DNA from: a virus
Length of the DNA: 64,000 bases
IMG/VR virus record: IMGVR_UViG_3300028569_002824
Span: 60,474 to 124,473 of that record
Strand: one strand, 5' to 3'
A program made the translations under genes and the position numbers. The notes beneath the pieces are model-generated. The model was not told where the DNA came from. It saw nothing but the letters and a program-made list of their open reading frames with translations, and ran no database searches. This document shows, piece by piece, positions 38,275 to 49,075 of the stretch (position 1 is the stretch's first letter; each line of letters begins with the position of its first letter).

Positions 38275-38457
38275 TTATCTACAAACAGGAGCACAAACTG
38301 CCTTGCAGTCTTTCGGTTGTTTGCATGACTTTTTGCTGCAAGCACACGCACAAACTGCCTTGCAGTCTTTCGGTTGTTTGTATGACTTTTTGCTGCAAAC
38401 ACACGCAGAAACAACTAAGAGAATTACTAAAACAAAAAGAATATTGATGATTTTCAT
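38275..38457 (-). CDS. small cysteine-rich putative lipoprotein
   Basis: Signal peptide ending VSAC; 10 Cys in 60 aa; internal duplication. Confidence 0.65.
   Translation of the reverse strand: MKIINILFVLVILLVVSACVCSKKSYKQPKDCKAVCACACSKKSCKQPKDCKAVCAPVCR
38291..38407. repeat. 57-bp tandem repeat (2 copies, 19 aa unit)
   Basis: Near-identical units at 38291 and 38348. Confidence 0.9.
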
Positions 38458-38561
38458 ATATCAATATATTATTGCCTTTTAATAAAAAGACAACAAAGGA
38501 CGTGTTTATTTTTTACTGGGTAGTGTTGCTAAAACACCTGCCGTCGAAATAAGTAACAAGA

Positions 38562-39446
38562 GTGCAAACAACAAACGACGATACAGATAAAATAAGAAAA
38601 ATACCAGTTTTTTATCATATACCAAAAAATGCAGGAACGTATGTTTCTGATTTGTTTCTTATTGCTTTTAGATATTACAGAAGAACATACACGGATTGGC
38701 TGAGAACACATATTCCAGAAAGAGATTCCATTAAATGTCTGCAATTAATTAAAGACGGCTTTCTGGTAGCAAAACTATTAGTCGGAGATCCAAATTCGTT
38801 TTGTGAGCACAATTTAAAATTCATAAAAAAACACTCTAAGACAGAATGGGACATTCAACTTGAAGACATACTCCCAGAGGCGTTAACGAATGTTTTTTTA
38901 TTTGGGGTTATAGTCGAAGGAAGAGGGTTGAAGATAAATAATCTCGTTTTAAATTTATTAAATGAATATATTCCACATCAGTTTCTAATATTAAGAGAAC
39001 CGTTTTCAAGAGCCCAATCACTTTACAATTATATTAAATCAGAAAGTTCGATTCATGAACGTACTCACGGACTTATTAAAGCTGACACGTTCGAAGACTA
39101 TATAATGTCAGAACAACTTGAGGATAGCTGGATAATAAGAAATTTAATTCAAGTCGAAAATTCAATTCCACTTAACGAACAACACTTTAATGACGCTGTT
39201 AATATATTATCTCGATTTAACATATATCCCATTAAAAACATAATACTGGCAGTTCAAGAAGCATTTTTAACCTGCTATGACTTTGATATCCTAAAAGTTA
39301 AACTTAACAAGTCGGATGAAGTCCATAAAAATGAGGGCAAAAAGGTTTGTAAACTACAACTGGAAAACTTTTCACCAAAAATTCAACAGACTTTCAACAA
39401 TAGAACTTTTTTGGATAACAAGCTATACAACACTTTTATAAAATAA
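38562..39446 (+). CDS. sulfotransferase-like protein
   Basis: FYHIPKNAGT, LREPFSRAQS. Confidence 0.75.
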   Translation: MQTTNDDTDKIRKIPVFYHIPKNAGTYVSDLFLIAFRYYRRTYTDWLRTHIPERDSIKCLQLIKDGFLVAKLLVGDPNSFCEHNLKFIKKHSKTEWDIQLEDILPEALTNVFLFGVIVEGRGLKINNLVLNLLNEYIPHQFLILREPFSRAQSLYNYIKSESSIHERTHGLIKADTFEDYIMSEQLEDSWIIRNLIQVENSIPLNEQHFNDAVNILSRFNIYPIKNIILAVQEAFLTCYDFDILKVKLNKSDEVHKNEGKKVCKLQLENFSPKIQQTFNNRTFLDNKLYNTFIK

Positions 39447-40081
39447 TGTACGATATTAATAAAAAGTTTATATTTACACATCCACCTAAATGTGGAGGAA
39501 CGTCTATTGAAGAACTTGTTGGGTTTTTAGCCTTAAGAGACAAATTTCCATCAGTTGCGCCGTTTAAACACGCTTCTTTAGAAACTCATATACAAAAATT
39601 AACAGAAAAAAAAGTACCACTCGAAGATATTTTTAAGGTATCGATAATAAGAAACCCATGGGCAAGAGTTGTGTCATTTTACAACCACCATAAACACAAA
39701 GCATATGATTTTTATACAAACGAACAACCAAATAACCCATTACCTGCAATAGTTGTTGATGCGAGAAAATTAACATTTAATGAGTTTGTTTGCAAATATT
39801 GCAAACATAACTTTAATTTCAACACAGTTACTAAACCGTATATGTTTGCTGATGATAATTTTTTCGTAGATTACGTAATTAGGGTAGAGCACATAGAAGA
39901 AGACCTTTATAAAATAAAAGATAAGCTACAAATTAATTTACCTTCTGTTATTCCTTGCAGAAATGACATGAATCAATTTACAGCACGAAAACCGTATTCA
40001 GAGTATTTTGATCAGAAAACAAAAAACTACATAAAACAGCTGTTTGAATGGGACATCAATAATTTTGGTTATACATTTTAA
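39446..40081 (+). CDS. sulfotransferase family 2 protein
   Basis: FTHPPKCGGTS, IRNPWARVVS. Confidence 0.85.
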   Translation: MYDINKKFIFTHPPKCGGTSIEELVGFLALRDKFPSVAPFKHASLETHIQKLTEKKVPLEDIFKVSIIRNPWARVVSFYNHHKHKAYDFYTNEQPNNPLPAIVVDARKLTFNEFVCKYCKHNFNFNTVTKPYMFADDNFFVDYVIRVEHIEEDLYKIKDKLQINLPSVIPCRNDMNQFTARKPYSEYFDQKTKNYIKQLFEWDINNFGYTF

Positions 40082-40089
40082 GTAAGGCT

Positions 40090-41091
40090 ATGGAAAAAAA
40101 CACCAATGATTTCATCTTAAAGCGAGAGTTTTCTGCAACCCACAAGCCTGTCGAATGGAAGAGTCGTGATGTTGTGATGATACACGAAAAGCTAAATTCT
40201 ATTATTTTACATATAGAACCTAGCTGGGCTCCAACCGCAAATGCTAGGCTGTCTTTGTTAAAAACTATAACATCAAAAAATATATTGATATTAAACTTGA
40301 ATAATTGTTCAGCGTATGGTCACATATACAGCGAAGTTTTATCAGAACTATATGCTGTTAGCGAAACGTACTCAGAATATGATTGTGTTATTACTGTTTT
40401 ATCATCAAGGATGAAAGATTTAATTCAATTTTTTGATTTAAAATTATCAAACAAAATCAAATTCATCGAAAAAAACCAAGAGGTTTTGTTGAATTTTGAA
40501 GAGCTACGAATTGTTAATCACTCCCCAAGATCATATGTAAATAAAGCTAAAAACGTTATCGCGTTGAAAGAGGCTTTTCATTCTTCAAAACCAATTGCAA
40601 AAAAAGACCGAGAATTTTTGTTATACTGTTCCAGAAACTCTCCTACTGCTAAACACGGCAGAAGATTAACTCAAGAAACTGAAACAAAAATTATTGAAAT
40701 GCTGGAGCAATACGCTAATAAGAATAATTTAAACTTTTACTTATTAACAGGACAAGAAGCTGACGGTACAATTACTCCTATTTCAAAACAATATGACCTC
40801 TTCAGTAATGCAAAATTAGTTGTTGGAGTTCATGGTGCAGTTATGTCGAATTTAATTTTTCTTGACCCACTAAAATCTTCTAAAATTATAGAAATTTGTC
40901 CAGCTTCCGGAAAATGCTTTAAGGAGCTTTTTGATGGAGCAATTGACACTTTTGCTGAATATCACACAATTTTATATAAAACGTCTCCTAAAACAGCAAC
41001 ACTTGAAGGGCGAAGTTTTTTTAATGCTTTAAGTAAAGAAGAATCTACAATAGATATACATGAATTAAAACAATTACTGGATACAATATGA
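40090..41091 (+). CDS. GT61/DUF563-like glycosyltransferase
   Basis: YGHIYSE, QYDLFSNAKLVVGVHGAVMSNLIF, IIEI. Confidence 0.8.
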   Translation: MEKNTNDFILKREFSATHKPVEWKSRDVVMIHEKLNSIILHIEPSWAPTANARLSLLKTITSKNILILNLNNCSAYGHIYSEVLSELYAVSETYSEYDCVITVLSSRMKDLIQFFDLKLSNKIKFIEKNQEVLLNFEELRIVNHSPRSYVNKAKNVIALKEAFHSSKPIAKKDREFLLYCSRNSPTAKHGRRLTQETETKIIEMLEQYANKNNLNFYLLTGQEADGTITPISKQYDLFSNAKLVVGVHGAVMSNLIFLDPLKSSKIIEICPASGKCFKELFDGAIDTFAEYHTILYKTSPKTATLEGRSFFNALSKEESTIDIHELKQLLDTI

Positions 41092-41924
41092 AAAATATTT
41101 CTTCACCAATACTTAAAACTACCCACAACCGAACGGCTGGTTTTTTTTCTAATTGCTCGGTCCGATTAGAACAAATTAAAAAGTATTTCAACGAAAAAAA
41201 CGAACCTCCTCATGCGATAGACTCAAGCGGACAGTTTAGAAATTACAAGGAAAATATTGATGATCTAGATGAAGATTTAGCAAAGTATTTTTTTGAAGAA
41301 AAACTTTTTGATAAAAATACAGAAAAACACACATATTCAAATGTCAATCAATTTCAAGACTTCAAAAATATCGATTTTAAAAATAATACACTGATTGTAG
41401 AAGCGTATTTTTCCCCCAGCATTACAATAAGAAACATTATAGAAGTTTTCGAAAAAAAATATTCATTAGATTATGATAATATATGTTCCGTTTACTATAG
41501 AGGAAACGACAAGGAGACCGAAACGGGGTTAGCTGACTATGAAGAATTCTTTAATAAGACTGAGGAAATTTTGCAAAAGAATCCACAAATAAAATTCTTA
41601 ATACAAACAGACGAGCTCGAATTTGCAGAAGCATTTAAACAGAGGTTTCCAAATAGTTTTTGGTTTGATGAAATGTCTATGATAAATCATGATCCGAAGT
41701 CATCTGTTCATCATTCTATACCAAGAAATAAGAGAAAGGAACATGCTTCATATTTTTTCGCCGCTGTTCTTATTATGTCAAAAACAAAACATTTAATAAC
41801 ATATTCAGGCAATTGCGGTCTTTGGGTAGTTTTGTATAAGGGTAATACAAAAAACGTACATCAATATTTAAAAACCAAAAATCAGAAAACTGGTGAAATT
41901 AAAAAAGATTGGGGATGGATATAA
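41088..41924 (+). CDS. NodZ/GT23-like fucosyltransferase-fold protein
   Basis: AGFFSN, SVYYRGNDK, FLIQTDE, MSKTKHLITYSGN. Confidence 0.65.
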   Translation: MKNISSPILKTTHNRTAGFFSNCSVRLEQIKKYFNEKNEPPHAIDSSGQFRNYKENIDDLDEDLAKYFFEEKLFDKNTEKHTYSNVNQFQDFKNIDFKNNTLIVEAYFSPSITIRNIIEVFEKKYSLDYDNICSVYYRGNDKETETGLADYEEFFNKTEEILQKNPQIKFLIQTDELEFAEAFKQRFPNSFWFDEMSMINHDPKSSVHHSIPRNKRKEHASYFFAAVLIMSKTKHLITYSGNCGLWVVLYKGNTKNVHQYLKTKNQKTGEIKKDWGWI

Positions 41925-42820
41925 TGATCAATTCTATTAGTGATATTCTTAATTTTAGGTACGATCCACGTTTTTTAACGTGGTTTAAGCCAAATTTATT
42001 ATCACAGCAAGAAATTGAAAAACACTTATTAATAGCACCGCTCGTGTTTAAAAACTTCGACATTAGTATAATTCATCAACAAATAAATGTTAATACTGAC
42101 TTTACGACAAATGATGTTTATTGTGACGTTGTCCGACTTCGTAGGATAAAAACCATTCTTACGAATCATCCAGGTGAATTTGATAATCTTGTGTGCTCTG
42201 GAGATGATATACATTTAAGTAGAAATATTGAATATTTAAAAGAAGTTAAACATTTATTTAAACATATTTATTACGAAGCAAAAGACATAGAATGTGATTG
42301 GGTAACCACCATACCAATGGGTACAATTATGGCCTATATGTTAAGATGTGGAGGAGATCAAATACTACACCATATAAACAAACCAAAAAATAAAACTAAG
42401 CTAATTGGTTCTGCTTTTGGTAGTAGATGGCCTTTAGTAACCAAAAAAGTTCAAGACAGAGGATTGTTAGCAGAGTTCACGCAAAGCTCTCCATTTATGG
42501 ATAATATGTTTTGCAATCCATTAGATTATTTTGAAAAGCTAAGTGATTATAAATTTTTTGCTTGTCCATTAGGGAATGGTATTCAGACTCCTAAGATATG
42601 TGAATCTATTCTATGTGAAACAGTACCTGTAGTAACAAATCATATTGCGCACAGAGAACTAAGAGACATTTACAATTTACCACTCTTAATAGTAGATAAA
42701 TGGGAGGACTTAACAGAAGACTTCTTAAACGAAGCTTATGACAGTAAGTATAAACATATAGATTGGCAAAAAGAAAAAGCAAAGTTTTTAGTAGAAAACT
42801 TTAAAAATCTATTAAAATAA
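41924..42820 (+). CDS. exostosin/GT47-like glycosyltransferase
   Basis: YKFFACPLGNGIQTPKICESILCETVPVV; ATG at 41924 coupled to the upstream TAA. Confidence 0.65.
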   Translation: MINSISDILNFRYDPRFLTWFKPNLLSQQEIEKHLLIAPLVFKNFDISIIHQQINVNTDFTTNDVYCDVVRLRRIKTILTNHPGEFDNLVCSGDDIHLSRNIEYLKEVKHLFKHIYYEAKDIECDWVTTIPMGTIMAYMLRCGGDQILHHINKPKNKTKLIGSAFGSRWPLVTKKVQDRGLLAEFTQSSPFMDNMFCNPLDYFEKLSDYKFFACPLGNGIQTPKICESILCETVPVVTNHIAHRELRDIYNLPLLIVDKWEDLTEDFLNEAYDSKYKHIDWQKEKAKFLVENFKNLLK

Positions 42821-43525
42821 ATATGAAAAAAATACTCTTCCACGGAAATTGTCAAACTTGTGCTATATCAAGATGGTTTGAGCAAAATTATTCAACCAAA
42901 TATCAATTTATTAATTGTACAGAAGCTAATTTAGCTATGTATTGGAGTCGTAGTAATCCAACATTTGCTTTGTGGACTCCTCCCAACGTTAAGAAATTAC
43001 AGAATACAAAAACCAGGAAAGCCGTACAAGAAAAAATAAGAGAGGCTGATATTTTTGTGTTCATGCATCATACAACAAACATTGACGAACTTAACACTGT
43101 TAATCTACACGATAACGTAGCACGGGGCTTGAAAATATGCCTTCCTAATAACAGATTTAGTGCATATCCAATATGTAGCCGGAGCTTAAAAATTTACCTC
43201 GAGTATATAAGACAAAATATAACTAAAGATCCTGTAAAAATAGCAGAGTATATTAAAAATGAAGACGATCCAGTTTTTACTGAATTATTATACACACAAT
43301 ATCCATTTGAGGGATATACAGAAAAAAGTTTATCCCAAAACCCAAGCCAACACGAAAAATGCGTTGAGCTATATGACAAGGTAATACCCATAAACGATTT
43401 TGTTGAAAAAAATTGGAAAGACCATTTGCTATTTTCTAGTTTGAATCATCCAACAGAAATGTACTACAGAGAGCTAATTTCAAGGTTGTTGACTCTGTTA
43501 GGAGAAGATCTCGATTTATTAGAAA
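42272..43525 (+). repeat. 1.25-kb direct repeat, copy 1
   Basis: Aligns to 48527..49780 at offset 6255; appears identical from about 42516 onward. Confidence 0.9.
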
Positions 43526-43674
43526 AAACGCCCTTTATCAAGCACCCTGAAGGAGAAGGTGAAGGTGGCGTTTCTATAGATATAACTGAATTTTTATTTT
43601 TTAAAAAACACGTTCCGAACTTATTAATCCCAAAAGACATTAAACTACAAAGTTTCAATGGATATCTACAATGA
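42823..43674 (+). CDS. WcbI-family polysaccharide biosynthesis protein (putative acetyltransferase)
   Basis: FHGNCQ, LFSSLNHPT. Confidence 0.75.
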   Translation: MKKILFHGNCQTCAISRWFEQNYSTKYQFINCTEANLAMYWSRSNPTFALWTPPNVKKLQNTKTRKAVQEKIREADIFVFMHHTTNIDELNTVNLHDNVARGLKICLPNNRFSAYPICSRSLKIYLEYIRQNITKDPVKIAEYIKNEDDPVFTELLYTQYPFEGYTEKSLSQNPSQHEKCVELYDKVIPINDFVEKNWKDHLLFSSLNHPTEMYYRELISRLLTLLGEDLDLLEKTPFIKHPEGEGEGGVSIDITEFLFFKKHVPNLLIPKDIKLQSFNGYLQ

Positions 43675-43748
43675 AGAAAATAAACATGAGATCTTACAAA
43701 CAATTTAACTTGCCAACTCAATCACTGAACAGTTAATTAAAAACCAAT

Positions 43749-44435
43749 ATGATAACAGCCCTACTAGTATCAGTGAATTATTCAGATTGTTTAAAAGTAG
43801 CTTTACCATACAATGTTCTCCAATTCGATCAAATTATTATACTGACGATAGAAAGTGATAAAGCATGTCAAGAAGTCTGCAGTAAGCATTCCAACGTTAA
43901 GTGTTTAGTCTTTCCAGACAATCTTATAAAAAAGAATGGAAGACAATTTAATAAAGGAGCTCTTATAAACAAAGGGTTTGAATATCTAAATGAGATTGGA
44001 TATTCAGATTGGCTTGTAATGACAGATTCTGATATCGTCTTTCCAGAAAACTTTAAAGAATTGATCCTTAGTAAAGAGAAAGACCCAAACATATTATACG
44101 GAATGGGAAGAAAAACGTGCAATTCATCAACAGATATAGAAAATCAAATTCGTCTCATCGATAATACAAACACCAAAGAAGCTTTTTTTGGATTTTGTCA
44201 AATTTTTATGTATAAAACTAATGAGTTTAAATATGAAGAGCACAACGTAGTTAGAGGTGACGTAATATTTTTGTCACAATTCTCTGAAGAGCTTCGAAAA
44301 TTACCAATACCAGAACGGTGGCGTCAAAAAACCTTTAAAAATATCCCTAATTTTATTACCCTACCAATAAACGTCATTCATTTAGGAGAGTCTGGAGTAA
44401 ATTGGACTGGTAGAAAATCTCAAACGTTTGTTTAA
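43749..44435 (+). CDS. GT-A fold glycosyltransferase
   Basis: FNKGALINKG, MTDSDIVFP, GFCQIF, IHLG. Confidence 0.7.
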   Translation: MITALLVSVNYSDCLKVALPYNVLQFDQIIILTIESDKACQEVCSKHSNVKCLVFPDNLIKKNGRQFNKGALINKGFEYLNEIGYSDWLVMTDSDIVFPENFKELILSKEKDPNILYGMGRKTCNSSTDIENQIRLIDNTNTKEAFFGFCQIFMYKTNEFKYEEHNVVRGDVIFLSQFSEELRKLPIPERWRQKTFKNIPNFITLPINVIHLGESGVNWTGRKSQTFV

Positions 44436-44467
44436 ATTCGATAAACGACTACTAAAAACACAAAAAT

Positions 44468-45412
44468 ATGATTATAACAACATATAAAGGACAGCTGGAC
44501 GGATGCGCCTATATTCAAAACCAATCGCATATAATTGACGAGCCAACGATAAACGAAAGCGAAAGAGAAACAATCAAAATAGTTGCGGAAAATATACTTG
44601 TACTCAAACTAAACCGTCCTTTTGCGCACGGTCATATATATACTGACGCTCTTCCGGAATTATATGCAGTCGATGAAATGTTTCCTGAATATGATTGTAT
44701 ATTAATACAATTTTCGAAGTTTGTTAAGAATAAAATAGACTTTTTTAACTTAAAAATATCAGATAAAATTAAGTTTATTTCTCCTACTCCTCTCAACGTA
44801 TATTTATTAAATTTTCAGCGATTAGACATTGCCACTCCCGATCCGAAGAACCTCGCTCAATCAAAAAATATTTTAAATTTAAAAGCAGCCTTTCATGAGT
44901 CACGGCCTATAATAAATACGTCCAAGCCTTTTGTGTTATTTTGCTCAAGAACTACTCCTGGAGCTAGAGGAGGTAGGAATATAACCAAACAAAACGAAAA
45001 CGAGGTTGTCGAGCATTTAAAACAATATGCAGAAGAAAACAATCTGGAATTTTATTTTCTAACTGGTCAAGAGCCAGACGGGAGCTGCGTTACGCTTGCG
45101 AAGCAATATGAGCTATTTAGTAATGCTAAGATCGTAGTTGGTTGCCATGGCGGAGCTTTTTCAAATTTAATTTTTTTAGATCCTGCAAAAAAACCAAAAG
45201 TTATAGAATTTTGTCCTCATCCATATAAAAGTTTTAAGTATTTGTCTGATCATGCATTTGGAACATTTGCGGAATATTGTCAAATTCCTTATATATTACC
45301 ACCTGAAGTAGAATCAGAAACTAAAAATATGCCTGATATTAGAAAATGGAACAAGATTGTAAAAAACATAAACAGAAAAGAATCTACTATAAGTTTGTGC
45401 AAACTTGAATAA
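44468..45412 (+). CDS. GT61/DUF563-like glycosyltransferase
   Basis: Paralog of 40090: QYELFSNAKIVVGCHGGAFSNLIF. Confidence 0.8.
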   Translation: MIITTYKGQLDGCAYIQNQSHIIDEPTINESERETIKIVAENILVLKLNRPFAHGHIYTDALPELYAVDEMFPEYDCILIQFSKFVKNKIDFFNLKISDKIKFISPTPLNVYLLNFQRLDIATPDPKNLAQSKNILNLKAAFHESRPIINTSKPFVLFCSRTTPGARGGRNITKQNENEVVEHLKQYAEENNLEFYFLTGQEPDGSCVTLAKQYELFSNAKIVVGCHGGAFSNLIFLDPAKKPKVIEFCPHPYKSFKYLSDHAFGTFAEYCQIPYILPPEVESETKNMPDIRKWNKIVKNINRKESTISLCKLE

Positions 45413-45426
45413 CTACTACCATTAAA

Positions 45427-46125
45427 ATGATTACAATTAAAGACCACGGCAGGTTAGGAAATGCAATTTTTAGAAATTGTGCGGCTAGCATAATGTCAAA
45501 AAAGTTTAACATTAAAGTTGAAAAATATGCAAAACTTGAAAAAATACAAATATTACAGCCCAGATTCCACCAGCAAGGAACTCGAATATTTGAAAACATA
45601 ATTACAGTTACTGGAGTAAACTTTAACAAAATCTTAGAAACCCCTAGTATTGATTATGGTTTGTATTTATTTTATCACTGTCAAAACAAACATTTTATAT
45701 TAAATTATAAACAAGAAATTTTAAATCAATTCAATTTACAATATGATCAACATCACAAAGACGATTTGTTTGTTCATGTGAGATTGGGTGATTGCATCCC
45801 GAATAATAGAGTCCCCAACCTTAATTATTATGTTCAAGCTATCGAACAATCTAAATTCAAAAAAGGATATATTAGTAGCGACGACCCTTCTAACGAAATT
45901 ATAACATATTTGATTAATAAATTCAATTTAACTTTGTATGAAAATAAACCAGCAGAAACTATAAATTTCGCAAAAGATTTTGGTAATTTAGTTTTAAGCA
46001 AAGGAACGTTTAGTTGGTGGATGGGATTCTTAAGTAAAGCTGGAAGCGTTTTATATCCTAAGGGTGGTCCTCGATGGCATGGAGACATATTTGTGTTTGA
46101 CGAGTGGACACCAATTGAATTTTAA
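45427..46125 (+). CDS. alpha-1,2-fucosyltransferase-like protein (GT11)
   Basis: GRLGN, VHVRLGD, SSDD, GTFSWW. Confidence 0.8.
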   Translation: MITIKDHGRLGNAIFRNCAASIMSKKFNIKVEKYAKLEKIQILQPRFHQQGTRIFENIITVTGVNFNKILETPSIDYGLYLFYHCQNKHFILNYKQEILNQFNLQYDQHHKDDLFVHVRLGDCIPNNRVPNLNYYVQAIEQSKFKKGYISSDDPSNEIITYLINKFNLTLYENKPAETINFAKDFGNLVLSKGTFSWWMGFLSKAGSVLYPKGGPRWHGDIFVFDEWTPIEF

Positions 46126-46156
46126 AAATCCGTATATTCTAAATAAATAATATAAT

Positions 46157-46738
46157 ATGAACAATGTAAATATTAACAAAAGAGGCTTTTGGGAAGATCC
46201 TATCAGTAAGCACTCTCGACACGTACATGATCGTGCTTTAAATGCTGAAATTATCAAATTACTAAAAGATTTAAATGTTACTTCTATCCTGGATTTAGGT
46301 TGTGGACCTGGATTGTATAGCAAAAACTTTATTGAAAATGGATTTGATTGCAAATGCTATGATGGAAATCCGTATACAGAAGAGGATACTAACGGAAGAT
46401 GCCAAGTATTAGACTTATCAACGTTGGTTGAATTAAATAGAAAATTTGACTGCGTATTATCTTTGGAGGTAGGGGAACATATACCAAACCAATACGAAGA
46501 TATTTTTATCCAAAATATAACAAACCATTGTTCTAATATTATTATATTGTCTTGGGCAATTCCAGGTCAATCTGGGGACGGACATGTAAACTGTCAAAGC
46601 AATGATTACATAGAAGTTTTGTTGAAAAATAAAAATTTTTTGCGTAACTTGGAGTTAGAAAAATCTCTTAGAAAAAGTGCAAAACGTCGGTGGTTTAAAA
46701 ATACTTTAATGGTATTTGAAAAAAATACTAATGAATAA
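46157..46738 (+). CDS. class I SAM-dependent methyltransferase
   Basis: LDLGCGPG, SLEVGEHIP, GQSGDGHVNCQ. Confidence 0.88.
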   Translation: MNNVNINKRGFWEDPISKHSRHVHDRALNAEIIKLLKDLNVTSILDLGCGPGLYSKNFIENGFDCKCYDGNPYTEEDTNGRCQVLDLSTLVELNRKFDCVLSLEVGEHIPNQYEDIFIQNITNHCSNIIILSWAIPGQSGDGHVNCQSNDYIEVLLKNKNFLRNLELEKSLRKSAKRRWFKNTLMVFEKNTNE

Positions 46739-47495
46739 TAACATAAAAATATATTGTATAAATCTTGTTGATTCGCCGAGACCATCTTACAACAATCCTT
46801 TATTTCATTGTGAAAGAATTGAAGCCGTAGATACAAGATTAAATCCTGATATTTGCGTGGGCTATGGATTAACTGTATCACCAGTAAACAGCACATGGAA
46901 AGTGCTTTTAGAAACCTGCCCAGGAGCAATAGGTTGTTATCTTAGTCATTACAAAATTTGGCAAAAAATAGTAAAAGAGAACATTTCTCAGGCTTTAATC
47001 CTCGAGGATGATGCTGACTTTTTGGATGTGGATAAGTTTTTACAGCAAGACTTGTCTTTACTTAAATATGAGAATTATGATTTAGTGCAATTGAATAAAA
47101 GACCAAAGTATCACCACGGGATATTCGGCACAGGAACCGAGAGTTATATTCTAAATAATGAAGCAGCAAAAAAATTAATAAAACTTACTCACGAGCCAAT
47201 TTTATTAAAAAACGTTGCTGCTACTCGGGATGCTACCAACGTATTTAAATTTTTTAAAGACAATCCGTCCGTAAAGCCTATCGTTCATAAGTACCCCAAA
47301 ATGAGCATTATTTGCCCTGTTGATATTTTTATGGGGATGAGCTGCGATAAAAACGTTGACAAAAATATACGATTGACTTGTCTATCATCTGAACATATAG
47401 GTTTGAATAAACGTTATAGCAAAAAGTCAAACATAATTAGAGAGATACCGGTATGGCGAATGACACAGAGTATGTTATCTCGTTATTTAAAATAA
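46731..47495 (+). CDS. glycosyltransferase family 25
   Basis: YCINL, GAIGCYLSH, LILEDDA. Confidence 0.85.
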   Translation: MNNNIKIYCINLVDSPRPSYNNPLFHCERIEAVDTRLNPDICVGYGLTVSPVNSTWKVLLETCPGAIGCYLSHYKIWQKIVKENISQALILEDDADFLDVDKFLQQDLSLLKYENYDLVQLNKRPKYHHGIFGTGTESYILNNEAAKKLIKLTHEPILLKNVAATRDATNVFKFFKDNPSVKPIVHKYPKMSIICPVDIFMGMSCDKNVDKNIRLTCLSSEHIGLNKRYSKKSNIIREIPVWRMTQSMLSRYLK

Positions 47496-47532
47496 TTACG
47501 ATTATTAATTCAGTTAAAACCCCCTTTCTCAT

Positions 47533-48162
47533 ATGATCTCTCACGAACTAAAATGCATATTTATTCATATCCCTCGAACAGCAGGGTCCAGTATTGAGCG
47601 AGCATTAATCAATGACGATTGGTGGCAAATTGAACGTAAAACAAAGCATCTAGTTGCAAGTCAAGCTAAGAAACTTTATTCTGAATATTGGAATGACTAT
47701 TTTAAATTTTCATTTGTCCGCGATCCATATTCAAGAATGCTGAGTATGTCTACTTTCAATCCCATGCGTAAAATATACTTTGGGGATACCGTTCCGTTCG
47801 CTGGTATAATTACGGATCAACATATAAATGAGTATAAAAAATTATTTGGAACACCTATTTTAATAGAGCATGATTACCGATTTTATAAAAGGGAAGAAGT
47901 CGAGAATGAAACACACAGAGAAAATTGCGTATATGGAAATATACTAGACGAACCAATTGATTATATTGGAAAATTTGAAACACTAGAAGAAGATTTTAAA
48001 AATATATGCAATACGCTCGGATTGAGAGAAAAAGAGTTGGGAAAATTTGGTCATAGCCCACATGGGCATTCTTTGAGTGTAGAAGCTAAAGTTCTTATAA
48101 ATAAACTTTACGAAGAAGACTTTTTAAAATTTAATTACCATCAAGTAACATATCCAGATTAA
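47533..48162 (+). CDS. sulfotransferase family 2 protein
   Basis: FIHIPRTAGSS, VRDPYSRMLS, DYIGKFE. Confidence 0.85.
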   Translation: MISHELKCIFIHIPRTAGSSIERALINDDWWQIERKTKHLVASQAKKLYSEYWNDYFKFSFVRDPYSRMLSMSTFNPMRKIYFGDTVPFAGIITDQHINEYKKLFGTPILIEHDYRFYKREEVENETHRENCVYGNILDEPIDYIGKFETLEEDFKNICNTLGLREKELGKFGHSPHGHSLSVEAKVLINKLYEEDFLKFNYHQVTYPD

Positions 48163-48172
48163 GTAAACCCAA

Positions 48173-49075
48173 ATGATTAATTCTATAAAAGAAATTCTGA
48201 ATTTTAGGCATGGCGTCAGATTTTATAAGGGGAATTGGACTTATCCTGCAGTGTCAATAGAAACGATTAACGATATGTTAATTCCAAAGCCACTTGTCAG
48301 CAAGCACTTTAAATTAGTTATTTTTGAAGATGGTGTGCATATTAATTATGATTCAACATCCAACGATGTGTATTGCGACCGCCTCAGCATGGGTAATTTA
48401 AAAAAAGCACTTAATAATCTCAATGGGATACAGTTGAACAATGTTGTATGTGCAGGACGCGATCCACACTTAAGCGTCACACTTGAACAATTAAAAGAGG
48501 TAAAACATTTATTCAAAAAAATTTACTACGAAGCAAAAGACATAGAATGTGATTGGGTAACCACCATACCTATGGGTACGATTATGGGATATATGTTAAG
48601 ATGCGGAGGAGACAAAATACTTCATCATATAAACAAACCAAAAAATAAAACTAAGCTAATTGGTTCTGCTTTTGGTAGTAAATGGCCTTCAGTAACCAAA
48701 AAAGTTCAAGACAGGAGATTGTTAGCAGAGTTCACACAAAGCTCTCCATTTATGGATAATATGTTTTGTGATCCATTAGATTATTTTGAAAAGCTAAGTG
48801 ATTATAAATTTTTTGCTTGTCCATTAGGGAATGGTATTCAGACTCCTAAGATATGTGAATCTATTCTATGTGAAACAGTACCTGTAGTAACAAATCATAT
48901 TGCGCACAGAGAACTAAGAGACATTTACAATTTACCACTCTTAATAGTAGATAAATGGGAGGACTTAACAGAAGACTTCTTAAACGAAGCTTATGACAGT
49001 AAGTATAAACATATAGATTGGCAAAAAGAAAAAGCAAAGTTTTTAGTAGAAAACTTTAAAAATCTATTAAAATAA
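48173..49075 (+). CDS. exostosin/GT47-like glycosyltransferase (paralog of 41924)
   Basis: C-terminal two-thirds near-identical to 41924..42820. Confidence 0.65.
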   Translation: MINSIKEILNFRHGVRFYKGNWTYPAVSIETINDMLIPKPLVSKHFKLVIFEDGVHINYDSTSNDVYCDRLSMGNLKKALNNLNGIQLNNVVCAGRDPHLSVTLEQLKEVKHLFKKIYYEAKDIECDWVTTIPMGTIMGYMLRCGGDKILHHINKPKNKTKLIGSAFGSKWPSVTKKVQDRRLLAEFTQSSPFMDNMFCDPLDYFEKLSDYKFFACPLGNGIQTPKICESILCETVPVVTNHIAHRELRDIYNLPLLIVDKWEDLTEDFLNEAYDSKYKHIDWQKEKAKFLVENFKNLLK

